Positions 20,251-28,752 of a stretch of 64,000 nucleotides of DNA are shown here, one piece after another. This DNA is from an uncultured Acetatifactor sp. GTDB taxonomy: Bacteria; Bacillota; Clostridia; Lachnospirales; Lachnospiraceae. The DNA lies in the NCBI GenBank assembly GCA_910586835.1, contig CAJUJU010000003.1, forward strand, positions 18,160 to 82,159, written 5' to 3'. Every line of letters begins with the position of its first letter. Position 1 is the stretch's first letter. Under the pieces are notes generated by a model that searched no databases, was not told the origin of the DNA, and saw only the letters and a program-made list of their open reading frames with translations. The position numbers and the translations under genes are program-made.

Positions 20251-20379
20251 GTCTTAGTATAGGGCAAGAAAATGTCTAAAGAATGAGTATAAATTGAAAA
20301 TTACTTGAATTAATTGTAAACGAAATATGAACACCTGGAAAGGTTCCTCTTTTTCATAAATCCCTTGTCGTTTTTCAAA

Positions 20380-20907
20380 TTATTCGGGTAACTTCTCCGG
20401 CTCCGGATAAGTTTCTCCAAAGGTTTCCACAGTGACAGTGGAGATTACCTGAGGCTCTATGGGACGGTCTCTCCAGTCGGTCTTTGTCTCGGCAATTTTG
20501 TTTACGGTTTCCATTCCTTCGATCACTTTGCCAAAGGCAGCGTAGCCGCCGTCCAGATGGGGGCTTGTCTTGTGCATGATGAAGAACTGGCTGCCGGCGG
20601 AATCGGGATGCTGCGCCCGCGCCATGGACAGGACGCCCTCCGTGTGTTTCAGGGGATTTTCAAATCCGTTTTGTGCAAACTCGCCCTTGATGCTGTAGCC
20701 GGGTCCGCCCATGCCTGTTCCGTCCGGGCAGCCGCCCTGAATCATAAATCCGTTGATGACCCGGTGGAAAATCAGGTCATCGTAAAATTTTTTATTGATC
20801 AGGCTGATAAAATTGCGGACGGAAATGGGAGCGATCTCCGGGTAAAGCTCCGCCTTGATGACGTTGCCGTCAGACATTGTAATGGTAACAACAGGATTTT
20901 GTGCCAT
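20380..20907 (-). CDS. ppiB: Cyclophilin-type peptidyl-prolyl cis-trans isomerase
   Basis: FHRVINGFMIQGG, GVLSMARA..PDSAGSQFFI, HLDGGYAAFGKV. Confidence 0.93.
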   Translation of the reverse strand: MAQNPVVTITMSDGNVIKAELYPEIAPISVRNFISLINKKFYDDLIFHRVINGFMIQGGCPDGTGMGGPGYSIKGEFAQNGFENPLKHTEGVLSMARAQHPDSAGSQFFIMHKTSPHLDGGYAAFGKVIEGMETVNKIAETKTDWRDRPIEPQVISTVTVETFGETYPEPEKLPE

Positions 20908-20993
20908 AATAATTGTCCTTTCCTGAAAAAGTATTATAATATGAATGATTGTACCTTAAAACAGGCAGAACGTAAAGAGGGAAGTGAAAAACT

Positions 20994-21770
20994 GTGAGCT
21001 ATTTGAGACAGTACGAGGTGAATACGGAGAAGACAAGGGGAACCGTGTATGTGACGGACGATGCGGACATGGCGGCAAAGCTGCGAAGCCGGGGGGAGGC
21101 GGTGCTGATCTATTTCCATGACGGAAATGAAGGGCAGAACTTTGAGGATTTTACCTTTGGCGTGGAGGATCCGGAGGGGCTGGAAGAGGATTATCTGGAG
21201 AGAGTATACCGCAGGCTGAAGGGGCTGCCATGGGACGTGCTGGATACGGCCAGGTGTCTGATCCGGGAGACCACACCGGAGGACGTGGAAGCCTTTTTTG
21301 AGATTTACAGCGAGCCGGCCATTACGGAGTTCATGGAGGGCCTGTACCCGGATCGGGAACAGGAGAGGGAATATATCAGGCAATATATTGAAAAGATATA
21401 TACTTTCTATGAATTTGGTGTGTGGACCGTTGTGGAAAGAGAGAGCGGGGCGGTTATCGGGAGAGCCGGGTTTTCCTATCGGGAAGGCTATAACGAGCCG
21501 GAACTGGGCTTTATCATAGGCGTGCCCTGGCAGCACAGAGGCTACGCGGAGGAAGTGTGCAGGGGAATACTGGCTTACGGATGGGAGAAGCTGGAGTTTG
21601 AGAAGGTGCAGGTACTGGTGGAGGTAGAGAACGTTGCCTCTTTGAAACTCTGCGATAAGCTGGGCTTTCATGCGGTGGAGGAGCTTGCCATGGGGGAGAG
21701 GCAGTACTTCCGGCTGGTGCTGGAGAAACCGGGCGGGACAGAGTCTGCAGCCTGCACTGCTGCGGAATGA
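20994..21770 (+). CDS. RimJ/RimL-type GNAT N-acetyltransferase with an N-terminal extension
   Basis: TARCLIRE, VIGRAG, ELGF, WQHRGYAEE, NVASLKLCDKLGF. Confidence 0.8.
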   Translation: MSYLRQYEVNTEKTRGTVYVTDDADMAAKLRSRGEAVLIYFHDGNEGQNFEDFTFGVEDPEGLEEDYLERVYRRLKGLPWDVLDTARCLIRETTPEDVEAFFEIYSEPAITEFMEGLYPDREQEREYIRQYIEKIYTFYEFGVWTVVERESGAVIGRAGFSYREGYNEPELGFIIGVPWQHRGYAEEVCRGILAYGWEKLEFEKVQVLVEVENVASLKLCDKLGFHAVEELAMGERQYFRLVLEKPGGTESAACTAAE

Positions 21771-21940
21771 CAAGATAACCCATGGCGGCTCTTCCGGACA
21801 GCAAGATAAACCATTGCAGGAGCCGGTGGGAAATATGATATACTATGCTTGTTCCGGCAAGTAAAAATGTTTGGTATATTGGTAAATAGAATATGGGAGC
21901 GTGTCTGTAAATTCAAATGTGCTCCGGAGGAAGCGGGAAG

Positions 21941-23614
21941 ATGGAAAAGCAGGAAGCGGAACTAACAGGGGGAAACCCGGAAGCGGAGAGAGCAGAAGAA
22001 CCGGAAAGAAGGGAAGAACCGGAAAGAAGGGAAGAACCGGAGAGAACGGGAGAAGCGGAGAGAGCAGAAGAACCGGAGAGAACGGGAGAAGCGGAGAGAG
22101 CGGAAGAACCGGAAAGAAGGGAAGAACCGGAAAGAAGGGAAGAACCGGAGAGAGCGGGAGAACCGGAGAGAACGGGAGAACCGGAGAGAGCGGGAGAACC
22201 GGGGAGAACAGCGGAAGCGTCAGAACGGAAGACAGAGGTGCGGGACAGAGTGCAGGAGAATACAGGGAACGGAATCACGGAGGGAGTCATCTGGAAACAG
22301 CTGCTCCTGTTCTTCTTTCCCATTTTGTTCGGTACCTTTTTTCAGCAGCTTTACAACGCGGTAGATGCGGTGATCGTGGGGCAGTTTGTGGGCAAGGAGG
22401 CGCTGTCGGCAGTGGGCGGCGGCACCGGCACGGTGATCAATCTGCTGGTGGGATTTTTTATCGGATTGGCCAGCGGGGCTACGGTGGTCATTTCTCAGTA
22501 TTATGGTGCCGGAAGAGGCGAGATGGTGAGCTACGCGGTACATACGGCCATTGCCTTCAGTCTGGTGGGCGGACTGGTCATGATGGCGGTGGGGATTCCC
22601 CTTGCACCCACGGTTCTGAAGGCCATGAACACGCCGGCGGATGTGCTGCAGCCGTCGATTCTGTACATCAGAATCTATTTTGCGGGCATAATCGGGAACC
22701 TGATCTATAATATAGGCTCCGGAATCCTGCGGGCTGTGGGAGACTCCAGAAGGCCCCTTTATTTTCTGATTGTTGGGTGTCTGTCAAACATTCTTTTGGA
22801 TCTTCTGTTTGTCGTGGGGTTCCGGATGGGGGTGGCCGGGGCGGCTCTCGCCACCATATGCTCCCAGCTGATCAGCGCCGTGCTGGTGGTTCTGGTGCTG
22901 ATGCGGACCGGGGATGTGCACCGGCTGGAGCTGCGCAGGATCGGCTTTGACGGCAGGATGTTCGGGCGCATTATCCGGATCGGATTTCCGGCGGGGCTTC
23001 AGTCGGTGATGTACAGTCTTTCCAATATCATCATCCAGGCAGCCATCAACGGAGAGGGCACGGATACCGTTGCGGCATGGACGGTGTACGGAAAGCTGGA
23101 TATCGTGTTCTGGATGTGTATCAGCGCGTTCGGGATTTCCGTCACAACCTTTGTGGGACAGAATTACGGTGCAAACAAGCTGAAGCGTGTCCGCAGGGGA
23201 ATCCGTACCTGCCTGGGAATGAGTCTTGTCTCTACCGTGGTGATCTCCGCGCTTCTTTACTTTGGCTGCGGCGAAATTTACCATATTTTTACCACGGACG
23301 GAGAGGTACTGAGGATCGGGGTACAGATGACAAGATTCCTGGTGCCCACCTATGTGACCTATATCTGCATTGAGATTTTGTCCGGAGCGCTGAGAGGAGC
23401 GGGAGATGTATGGATACCGACACTGATCTGCCTTACAGGGGTCTGTGCCATCCGGGTGGTCTGGATTATGGCGGCAGTGCCCATAAGGCCGGGGATCAAT
23501 ACCATTATCTTCAGCTATCCGCTGACCTGGGTGGTGACTACCATACTGTTTGTGATTTATTACTGCTTCTTCAGCAAGGTCAGTATACGCAGGGTCAGGC
23601 GGGACGGGGAATGA
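21941..23614 (+). CDS. MATE family efflux transporter (alternative start GTG 22250)
   Basis: ITEGVIWKQLL.FF.P, FQQLYNAVD..IVG, ILRAVGDSRRP, GVAGAALAT, FVGQNYGA; about 12 TM segments. Confidence 0.92.
   Translation: MEKQEAELTGGNPEAERAEEPERREEPERREEPERTGEAERAEEPERTGEAERAEEPERREEPERREEPERAGEPERTGEPERAGEPGRTAEASERKTEVRDRVQENTGNGITEGVIWKQLLLFFFPILFGTFFQQLYNAVDAVIVGQFVGKEALSAVGGGTGTVINLLVGFFIGLASGATVVISQYYGAGRGEMVSYAVHTAIAFSLVGGLVMMAVGIPLAPTVLKAMNTPADVLQPSILYIRIYFAGIIGNLIYNIGSGILRAVGDSRRPLYFLIVGCLSNILLDLLFVVGFRMGVAGAALATICSQLISAVLVVLVLMRTGDVHRLELRRIGFDGRMFGRIIRIGFPAGLQSVMYSLSNIIIQAAINGEGTDTVAAWTVYGKLDIVFWMCISAFGISVTTFVGQNYGANKLKRVRRGIRTCLGMSLVSTVVISALLYFGCGEIYHIFTTDGEVLRIGVQMTRFLVPTYVTYICIEILSGALRGAGDVWIPTLICLTGVCAIRVVWIMAAVPIRPGINTIIFSYPLTWVVTTILFVIYYCFFSKVSIRRVRRDGE
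21980..22213 (+). repeat. 13 tandem copies of an 18-bp degenerate unit (GAA[CG]CGGA[AG]AGA......) encoding EPERRE/EPERTG/EAERAE/EPERAG
   Basis: Units parsed by hand; plus strand is purine-rich and T-free across the array. Confidence 0.93.
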
Positions 23615-23673
23615 GAAGAGCGGCCGGCTGACAGGCCAGGGCGGATCTAATAATAGGAAAAGGAGGATACAGC

Positions 23674-24663
23674 ATGTATCAGGCAGATGAAAAGAGGTAT
23701 GACAGGATGAAATACAACCGGTGCGGAGCCAGCGGACTGCTTCTCCCGGCAGTTTCTCTGGGGCTTTGGCACAACTTTGGCTCCAACGGCAACTTTGACA
23801 CCATGGAGGCAATGTGCCATACCGCCTTTGATCACGGAATCACCCATTTTGACCTGGCCAATAATTACGGCCCTGTGTCCGGTGCGGCGGAAGAAAATTT
23901 CGGACGTATTCTGGAAAAGGGACTGGGGGTATACCGGGACGAGATTATCGTTTCCACAAAGGCAGGCTATGGTATGTGGCCGGGGCCTTACGGGGACTGG
24001 GGAAGCAAGAAGTATCTGGTGGCAAGTCTGGATCAGAGCCTGGGGAGAATGGGACTGGATTATGTGGATATCTTTTATCATCACAGACCGGACCCGGAGA
24101 CGCCGCTGGAGGAAACGGCACGGGCGCTTGACGGTATTGTCAGGAGCGGAAAGGCTCTTTATGTGGGAATTTCCAACTATAACCGGGAGCAGACCCAGGC
24201 CATAGCGGCGCTGTTTCGGGAGATGGGAACGCCGTTTATCATTAATCAGCGGCAGTATTCCATCTTTGACAGAACCATTGAGAGAGACGGCCTGAAGGAT
24301 TACGCCGCCGCTCACGGCATCGGGGTCATCACCTTCTGTCCGCTGGCCCAGGGGCTTCTGACAGACCGCTACCTCCACGGGATTCCGGAGGACAGCCGTG
24401 TGCGTACAGACGGTCGTTTCCTGAATGAAAATGCCATCACAGAGGAAAAGCTGAAGAAGATCAAGGCCCTGAACGAGTTGGCTGCAGACAGGGGGCAGAC
24501 GCTGGCGCAGATGGCGCTGTCCTGGATTCTGCGGGACGGCGATATCACCAGCGTGCTGATCGGAGCCTCCAGACCGGCGCAGATTCTGGATAACATCGGG
24601 ATGCTGGGAAAACCGGAGTTCAGCCGGGAGGAGAGAGAGAAGATCGACGAGATCGTGTCCTGA
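23674..24663 (+). CDS. Aldo/keto reductase, L-glyceraldehyde-3-phosphate reductase (YghZ/MgrA) type
   Basis: SLGLWHNFG, GITHFDLANNYGP..G.AE, STKAGY.MWPGPYGDWGS.KYL, DIFYHHRPDP. Confidence 0.92.
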   Translation: MYQADEKRYDRMKYNRCGASGLLLPAVSLGLWHNFGSNGNFDTMEAMCHTAFDHGITHFDLANNYGPVSGAAEENFGRILEKGLGVYRDEIIVSTKAGYGMWPGPYGDWGSKKYLVASLDQSLGRMGLDYVDIFYHHRPDPETPLEETARALDGIVRSGKALYVGISNYNREQTQAIAALFREMGTPFIINQRQYSIFDRTIERDGLKDYAAAHGIGVITFCPLAQGLLTDRYLHGIPEDSRVRTDGRFLNENAITEEKLKKIKALNELAADRGQTLAQMALSWILRDGDITSVLIGASRPAQILDNIGMLGKPEFSREEREKIDEIVS

Positions 24664-24717
24664 TGAGAAAGAAGTTTCACCTTGTAATGCGGCATGGCAC
24701 AACCCGACAGACAATGA

Positions 24718-24750
24718 CAGGAGCAGGGAAGATAATCTTCCCTGCTCCTG
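24718..24750. terminator. Long perfect hairpin between convergent AKR and hflC
   Basis: CAGGAGCAGGGAAGAT-A-ATCTTCCCTGCTCCTG; no clear U tract. Confidence 0.6.
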
Positions 24751-24832
24751 CTGTGTGGATCTTTGGCGGTGCATGCTCCACCTATAAGGAGCCGTTTTGT
24801 CCGGAAGGAAACATTTCGAACCGGCAAAGGGG

Positions 24833-25702
24833 TCATTTTCCATAGAAGATCTGGGCAATGGGAGAATCCGGTGAGAGGATCAGCGTTTTGCTGTTCCCCT
24901 GCATGGAGACTTTCAGGGCGTCCAGGCTTCTTACAAAGGAGTAAAATTCCTGCTTGGAAGCATCGTTGTATGCCTCGGACAGGATCCGCATATATTCTGC
25001 CTCGCCTTCCGCGATGAGAATTTCCGCTTCCTTTTCCGCCTCGGAGAGCATTACGGTGATCTCCATGTCGGTGGTGTTCCGGATCTTCTGTGCCTCAGAG
25101 CTGCCTTCTGCGGTGTAGGTGGCGGCAATGTTGTCGCGCTCGGAGATCATGCGCTCATACACGGCGGCCTTGTTGTCGCTGGGCAGATCCAGCTTTTTTG
25201 TCTCATAGGAGAGAAGCTCAATGCCGTACTGCTCCAGAGAATTTCCGATGTTGCTCAGGATGGCCCGGGACAATGCCCCGTTCCGGCCGGAAATCACTTC
25301 GTCCTGGGTGGTGCTGCTGATGACATTTTTGGTAGAGTTGTATACAATGGCGTCCAGACGGCTTTCCGCGCCGGAGATGGAGCCGTTCAGGGTCTGGGCA
25401 AATTTCACCGGGTCGGTGATATGCCAGAGAATATAGCTGTCACAGATCATCGTCTTTTTGTCGCTGGTGATGACATCGGAGGGAGACAGGTCATAGAGCA
25501 GGGTCTGCTTGGGCAGAGTGTCTACGGTCTGAATAAAGGGAAGCTTGAAGCTGATGCCCGCCTCCGATACCACATGGTCGATCTTTCCGAACTGCCGTAC
25601 CAGGCTGTATTGATTTTCCTGGGTAACTACGATACAGGATGCGCCGATAATAAGAACGGCCAGGATGGAAATGGCAAGTATTATTCTTTTCGCTGTCTTC
25701 AT
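24833..25702 (-). CDS. hflC: FtsH protease modulator HflC
   Basis: N-terminal TM, SPFH domain, VITSDKK, VYERMISER, EFYSFVRSLDALK. Confidence 0.92.
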   Translation of the reverse strand: MKTAKRIILAISILAVLIIGASCIVVTQENQYSLVRQFGKIDHVVSEAGISFKLPFIQTVDTLPKQTLLYDLSPSDVITSDKKTMICDSYILWHITDPVKFAQTLNGSISGAESRLDAIVYNSTKNVISSTTQDEVISGRNGALSRAILSNIGNSLEQYGIELLSYETKKLDLPSDNKAAVYERMISERDNIAATYTAEGSSEAQKIRNTTDMEITVMLSEAEKEAEILIAEGEAEYMRILSEAYNDASKQEFYSFVRSLDALKVSMQGNSKTLILSPDSPIAQIFYGK

Positions 25703-25714
25703 GTGTCTGCCTCC

Positions 25715-26752
25715 TTAATTGTTTTCGGCAGGGGTTTCCGAAGCTGCCTGATCAGGTACTGCTGCGTTGTCCGTGCTGCCGGTGAAGGGCTCGATGGGGT
25801 AAATGGTCTGCATATCGCCGCCAGGGCTTTCGATGATGACCTTCAGGCCGGGAAGAACCTCTTCCATGGCCTCATAGAACATCCGCTGCTTTGTGACGGC
25901 AGGATTCTTGATGTATTCCTGATACATGGCGTTGAACCGGGCCACCTGAGCGGTGGCTTCATTAATGCGCTCCGTCTTTTGAGCCTCCGCATCCTTGATG
26001 ATGCCGTCCGCTCTGGCCTGGGCGGAGGGAAGCTGCTCGTTTCGGTACTTGTTGGCATTGTTCAGCGCCGTCTCCTTGCCCTGCTTTGCCGTTTCCACAG
26101 CCTTGAAGGCTTCCATGACCTCGGCGGTGGGGGGCTCGGAATCCTGGATGGTGATGTTGACCAGCTGAACGCCGATGTCCTGGGTTTCCAGCTGAGCCAG
26201 AATCATTTCCTTGATGGCGGCCTGGATTTCATTTTTTCCCGTGGTCAGCACATCGTCCACAGGATAGCTCCCAATGACATTACGGATGCAGCTCTGGCTG
26301 ATATTGCGCAGAATTTTCAGGGGATCCCTGGATGCATACAGTGCCTTTACGGGGTCGCTGTAGCGGTATTCCACATAGAAGTCCACATCTATAAAGTTGA
26401 AATCGGAGGTGATCATCAGGGATTCGTCCTCATTCACGGAGTTGCTGTCCGTGCTGTAGCCGATGGCAAAGCCCTGGATGGTGGTGTTGACCTTCCGCAC
26501 CTGCTGGATAAAGGGAATCTTGAAGTGAAGGCCGGGTTCCGTCACCGCGGACGCCTGACCAAGGGTGATCAATACGGCCTGTTCCTGCTCCTTGATCTCG
26601 TAGGTGGCGTTGAATCCCAGCACCAGAATTACAATGATAACCGCTGCTGCAATGCCCACATTTTTTCCCATCCGTTTTTGCCGGGGAGGCCTCTGCCCTC
26701 CGTCCATGGTGGTAAAGCCGTTTCTTTTGTTGCGAGGAGAATCTCCGCTCAT
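25715..26752 (-). CDS. hflK: FtsH protease modulator HflK
   Basis: PGLHFKIPFIQ, MITSDFN, DDVLTTGK, EYIKNP.VTKQRMFYEAMEEVL; directly upstream of hflC. Confidence 0.92.
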   Translation of the reverse strand: MSGDSPRNKRNGFTTMDGGQRPPRQKRMGKNVGIAAAVIIVILVLGFNATYEIKEQEQAVLITLGQASAVTEPGLHFKIPFIQQVRKVNTTIQGFAIGYSTDSNSVNEDESLMITSDFNFIDVDFYVEYRYSDPVKALYASRDPLKILRNISQSCIRNVIGSYPVDDVLTTGKNEIQAAIKEMILAQLETQDIGVQLVNITIQDSEPPTAEVMEAFKAVETAKQGKETALNNANKYRNEQLPSAQARADGIIKDAEAQKTERINEATAQVARFNAMYQEYIKNPAVTKQRMFYEAMEEVLPGLKVIIESPGGDMQTIYPIEPFTGSTDNAAVPDQAASETPAENN

Positions 26753-27056
26753 AAATACCTCATTTCTGCGCCGTATTTTGTAGGGGAGCGAGTTTGCGGC
26801 AGTCGGCGCGCAGACACAAATCGCTGTGAAGGGCTGTCTTTGGCAGAACCAACAGGTGACGGCCCTGTGCCAGAAACTTAATACTGTAATACATCATACA
26901 GGATATGTTGCAAAAAAACAATTGCAACTAGTGCACGTTAGGAAATTTAATGTGCAGGTTGCGGTAATTTCAGAAAAATGTTAGAATTTTGGCATTGGAC
27001 GGTATTGTATGCGAAATTTCGGAAAATATGCCGGGGATAGACCGACAGGGGGAGCT

Positions 27057-27623
27057 ATGAGTCAGAGAATCAGAGAGAGGCTGGAGGACTGTCCGGTGAT
27101 TGCGGCGGTCAGGGATGAGGAGGGGCTGCGGGAATGTCTGAAGACGGACTGCGGCATTGTCTTTATCCTGTATGGTGATATCATGAATATTGTGTCCGTG
27201 GTGGAACGGGTGAAGGAGAAAAAGCGCCTGGCCATGGTGCACATGGATCTGATTGCGGGATTGGGAAGCAGAGAAATCAGCGTGGACTTTCTGTATGAAA
27301 CGGTTCGGGCGGACGGCATTATTTCCACAAAGCCGGCTCTCGTCCGACGGGCGGGAGAGCTTGGTATGTCTACGGTGATGCGGTTTTTTGTCATAGATTC
27401 CATGGCGTTGGAGAATATACAGCGCCAGTGCGAGCAGGCCAGGCCGGACTGTATCGAGATTTTACCCGGCGTTATGCCAAAGGTCATACGTCGTATCGTC
27501 CGGACCGTGCGTCAGCCTGTGATTGCAGGCGGTCTTCTGACGGATAAGGAGGATGTGATGGCCGCCCTGAATGCGGGGGCGGTGTCCGTTTCAACCACAA
27601 ACAGGGAGCTGTGGTATGCATGA
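27057..27623 (+). CDS. glpP: Glycerol-3-phosphate-responsive antiterminator GlpP
   Basis: PVIAAV, VHMDLIAGL, DGIISTK, RFFVIDSMA, IEILPG, PVIAGGL, VSTTN..LW; ATG 27057 after GGGGAG. Confidence 0.9.
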   Translation: MSQRIRERLEDCPVIAAVRDEEGLRECLKTDCGIVFILYGDIMNIVSVVERVKEKKRLAMVHMDLIAGLGSREISVDFLYETVRADGIISTKPALVRRAGELGMSTVMRFFVIDSMALENIQRQCEQARPDCIEILPGVMPKVIRRIVRTVRQPVIAGGLLTDKEDVMAALNAGAVSVSTTNRELWYA

Positions 27624-27667
27624 GAGAAGACGGGCGAAGGGCAAACACGTCCGGTGACAAAGTGAAA

Positions 27668-28009
27668 TCAGCGCCTTGCCTGCAGGAATCGGGCATATTC
27701 CATCAGTTTGTCGGCTGTGACATTGTCAAAGGTGAGTACCAGGTCAACGATGTCGGTGACGGTATACTGGGTGGAGATCCGTTGGTTTAACAGGCGGGGA
27801 TCATACCGGCAGGAGGTGCGCCCCAACAGGTAGTCGGCTGTCACGCCGAAATAATCCGCCAGCCGGGAAATTGCCGCAAGATCGGGAGAATGTACATTGT
27901 GTTCGTAGTTGGAGACTGTGCCGGTGGATACATTCAGGTAAATGGCAAGCTCCTTTTGGCCGATATTGTGTTCCTTTCGCAGAGCTGCAAGTATTTCTCC
28001 CACTGTCAT
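27668..28009 (-). CDS. XRE-family HTH transcriptional regulator (paralogue A)
   Basis: LRKE..IGQKELA..LNVS.GTVSNYE....PD...RLADYFGVT.DYLLGRT; GGAGG RBS. Confidence 0.9.
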   Translation of the reverse strand: MTVGEILAALRKEHNIGQKELAIYLNVSTGTVSNYEHNVHSPDLAAISRLADYFGVTADYLLGRTSCRYDPRLLNQRISTQYTVTDIVDLVLTFDNVTADKLMEYARFLQARR

Positions 28010-28129
28010 CCGGCTGCCTCCTTTTTGTTGTGCCAGGTGATATAGTAAACTAACATCTATTATATATCGTATTCTGTCGAATAAAGCGGATTTACATTAA
28101 ATGTGTAGAAAAATAAACAGGGAGACAGT

Positions 28130-28471
28130 TTATTGTCTGGAGCGCAAAAAATCGGCATAATCCATGAGATGATCCACAGAGCAGCTGTCCAGAGCCAGAA
28201 CCGTATTCACAATATCTGTCACCGTATATTCATCTGAGATCCGTCGTTCCAGCAGGCTCGGATCAAAGCGGCAGGGAGTGCGTCCCATCAGATAGTCGGT
28301 GGTCACTCCAAAATACTCTGCCAATCGGCACAGTGTTACCGGATCCGGAGAATGAATGTTGTGTTCATAGTTGGATATGGTGCCGGCCGTGACGTTGAGG
28401 TAGCCAGCCAGTTCCCGCTGCCCAATGCCTCTTTCCTCCCGAAGCAGAGCAAGAATTTCTCCCAGTTTCAT
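28130..28471 (-). CDS. XRE-family HTH transcriptional regulator (paralogue B)
   Basis: Same motifs. Start placed at ATG 28471 (MKLGEIL) after AGGGGG, giving 113 aa colinear with paralogue A. Confidence 0.9.
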   Translation of the reverse strand: MKLGEILALLREERGIGQRELAGYLNVTAGTISNYEHNIHSPDPVTLCRLAEYFGVTTDYLMGRTPCRFDPSLLERRISDEYTVTDIVNTVLALDSCSVDHLMDYADFLRSRQ

Positions 28472-28671
28472 AAGAATACCCCCTTGAAAATAAAATGGTG
28501 CTTGTAAAAATATACAGTTCAAAGTTCAGGCAGTTATTTATAGCGAAGATTTAAATAAGATAAAATTTATTATATAGTATTCTACGATATGTGAAGATAA
28601 AAACCAAAAAGTCAATAAAAATAATGACATATTTGATTTAAACTAAACGACAGACGCAATACGACTGCCGG

Positions 28672-28700
28672 TTGCACAGGAAGCCCGGCACGGGTATAAT
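28672..28700 (+). promoter_or_regulatory. sigma-A-type promoter of recQ
   Basis: TTGCAC-17 bp-TATAAT. Confidence 0.65.
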
Positions 28701-28752
28701 TGGAATTATGGCGTAGTGAATGCCGCAGTGATTTGACAGGGAGACGGACAGG

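Noticed and set aside
20181..20359. 11-bp inverted repeat (TTATGAAAAAG / CTTTTTCATAA) around the sRNA promoter as an invertible switch
   Set aside because: Short and AT-rich in AT-rich DNA, no recombinase nearby; read data showing both orientations would be needed
21980..22213. Possible CRISPR array
   Set aside because: Contiguous 18-bp units without unique spacers; no cas genes
21901..22710. Alternative-frame ORFs through the tandem repeat (GKKGRT/GESGRT; minus-strand SGSSLL)
   Set aside because: The T-free repeat lacks stops in several frames; only the EPER frame continues into the MATE domain
27668..28471. Prophage/ICE repressor region
   Set aside because: No integrase, ImmA, replication or structural genes; flanked by glpP and recQ
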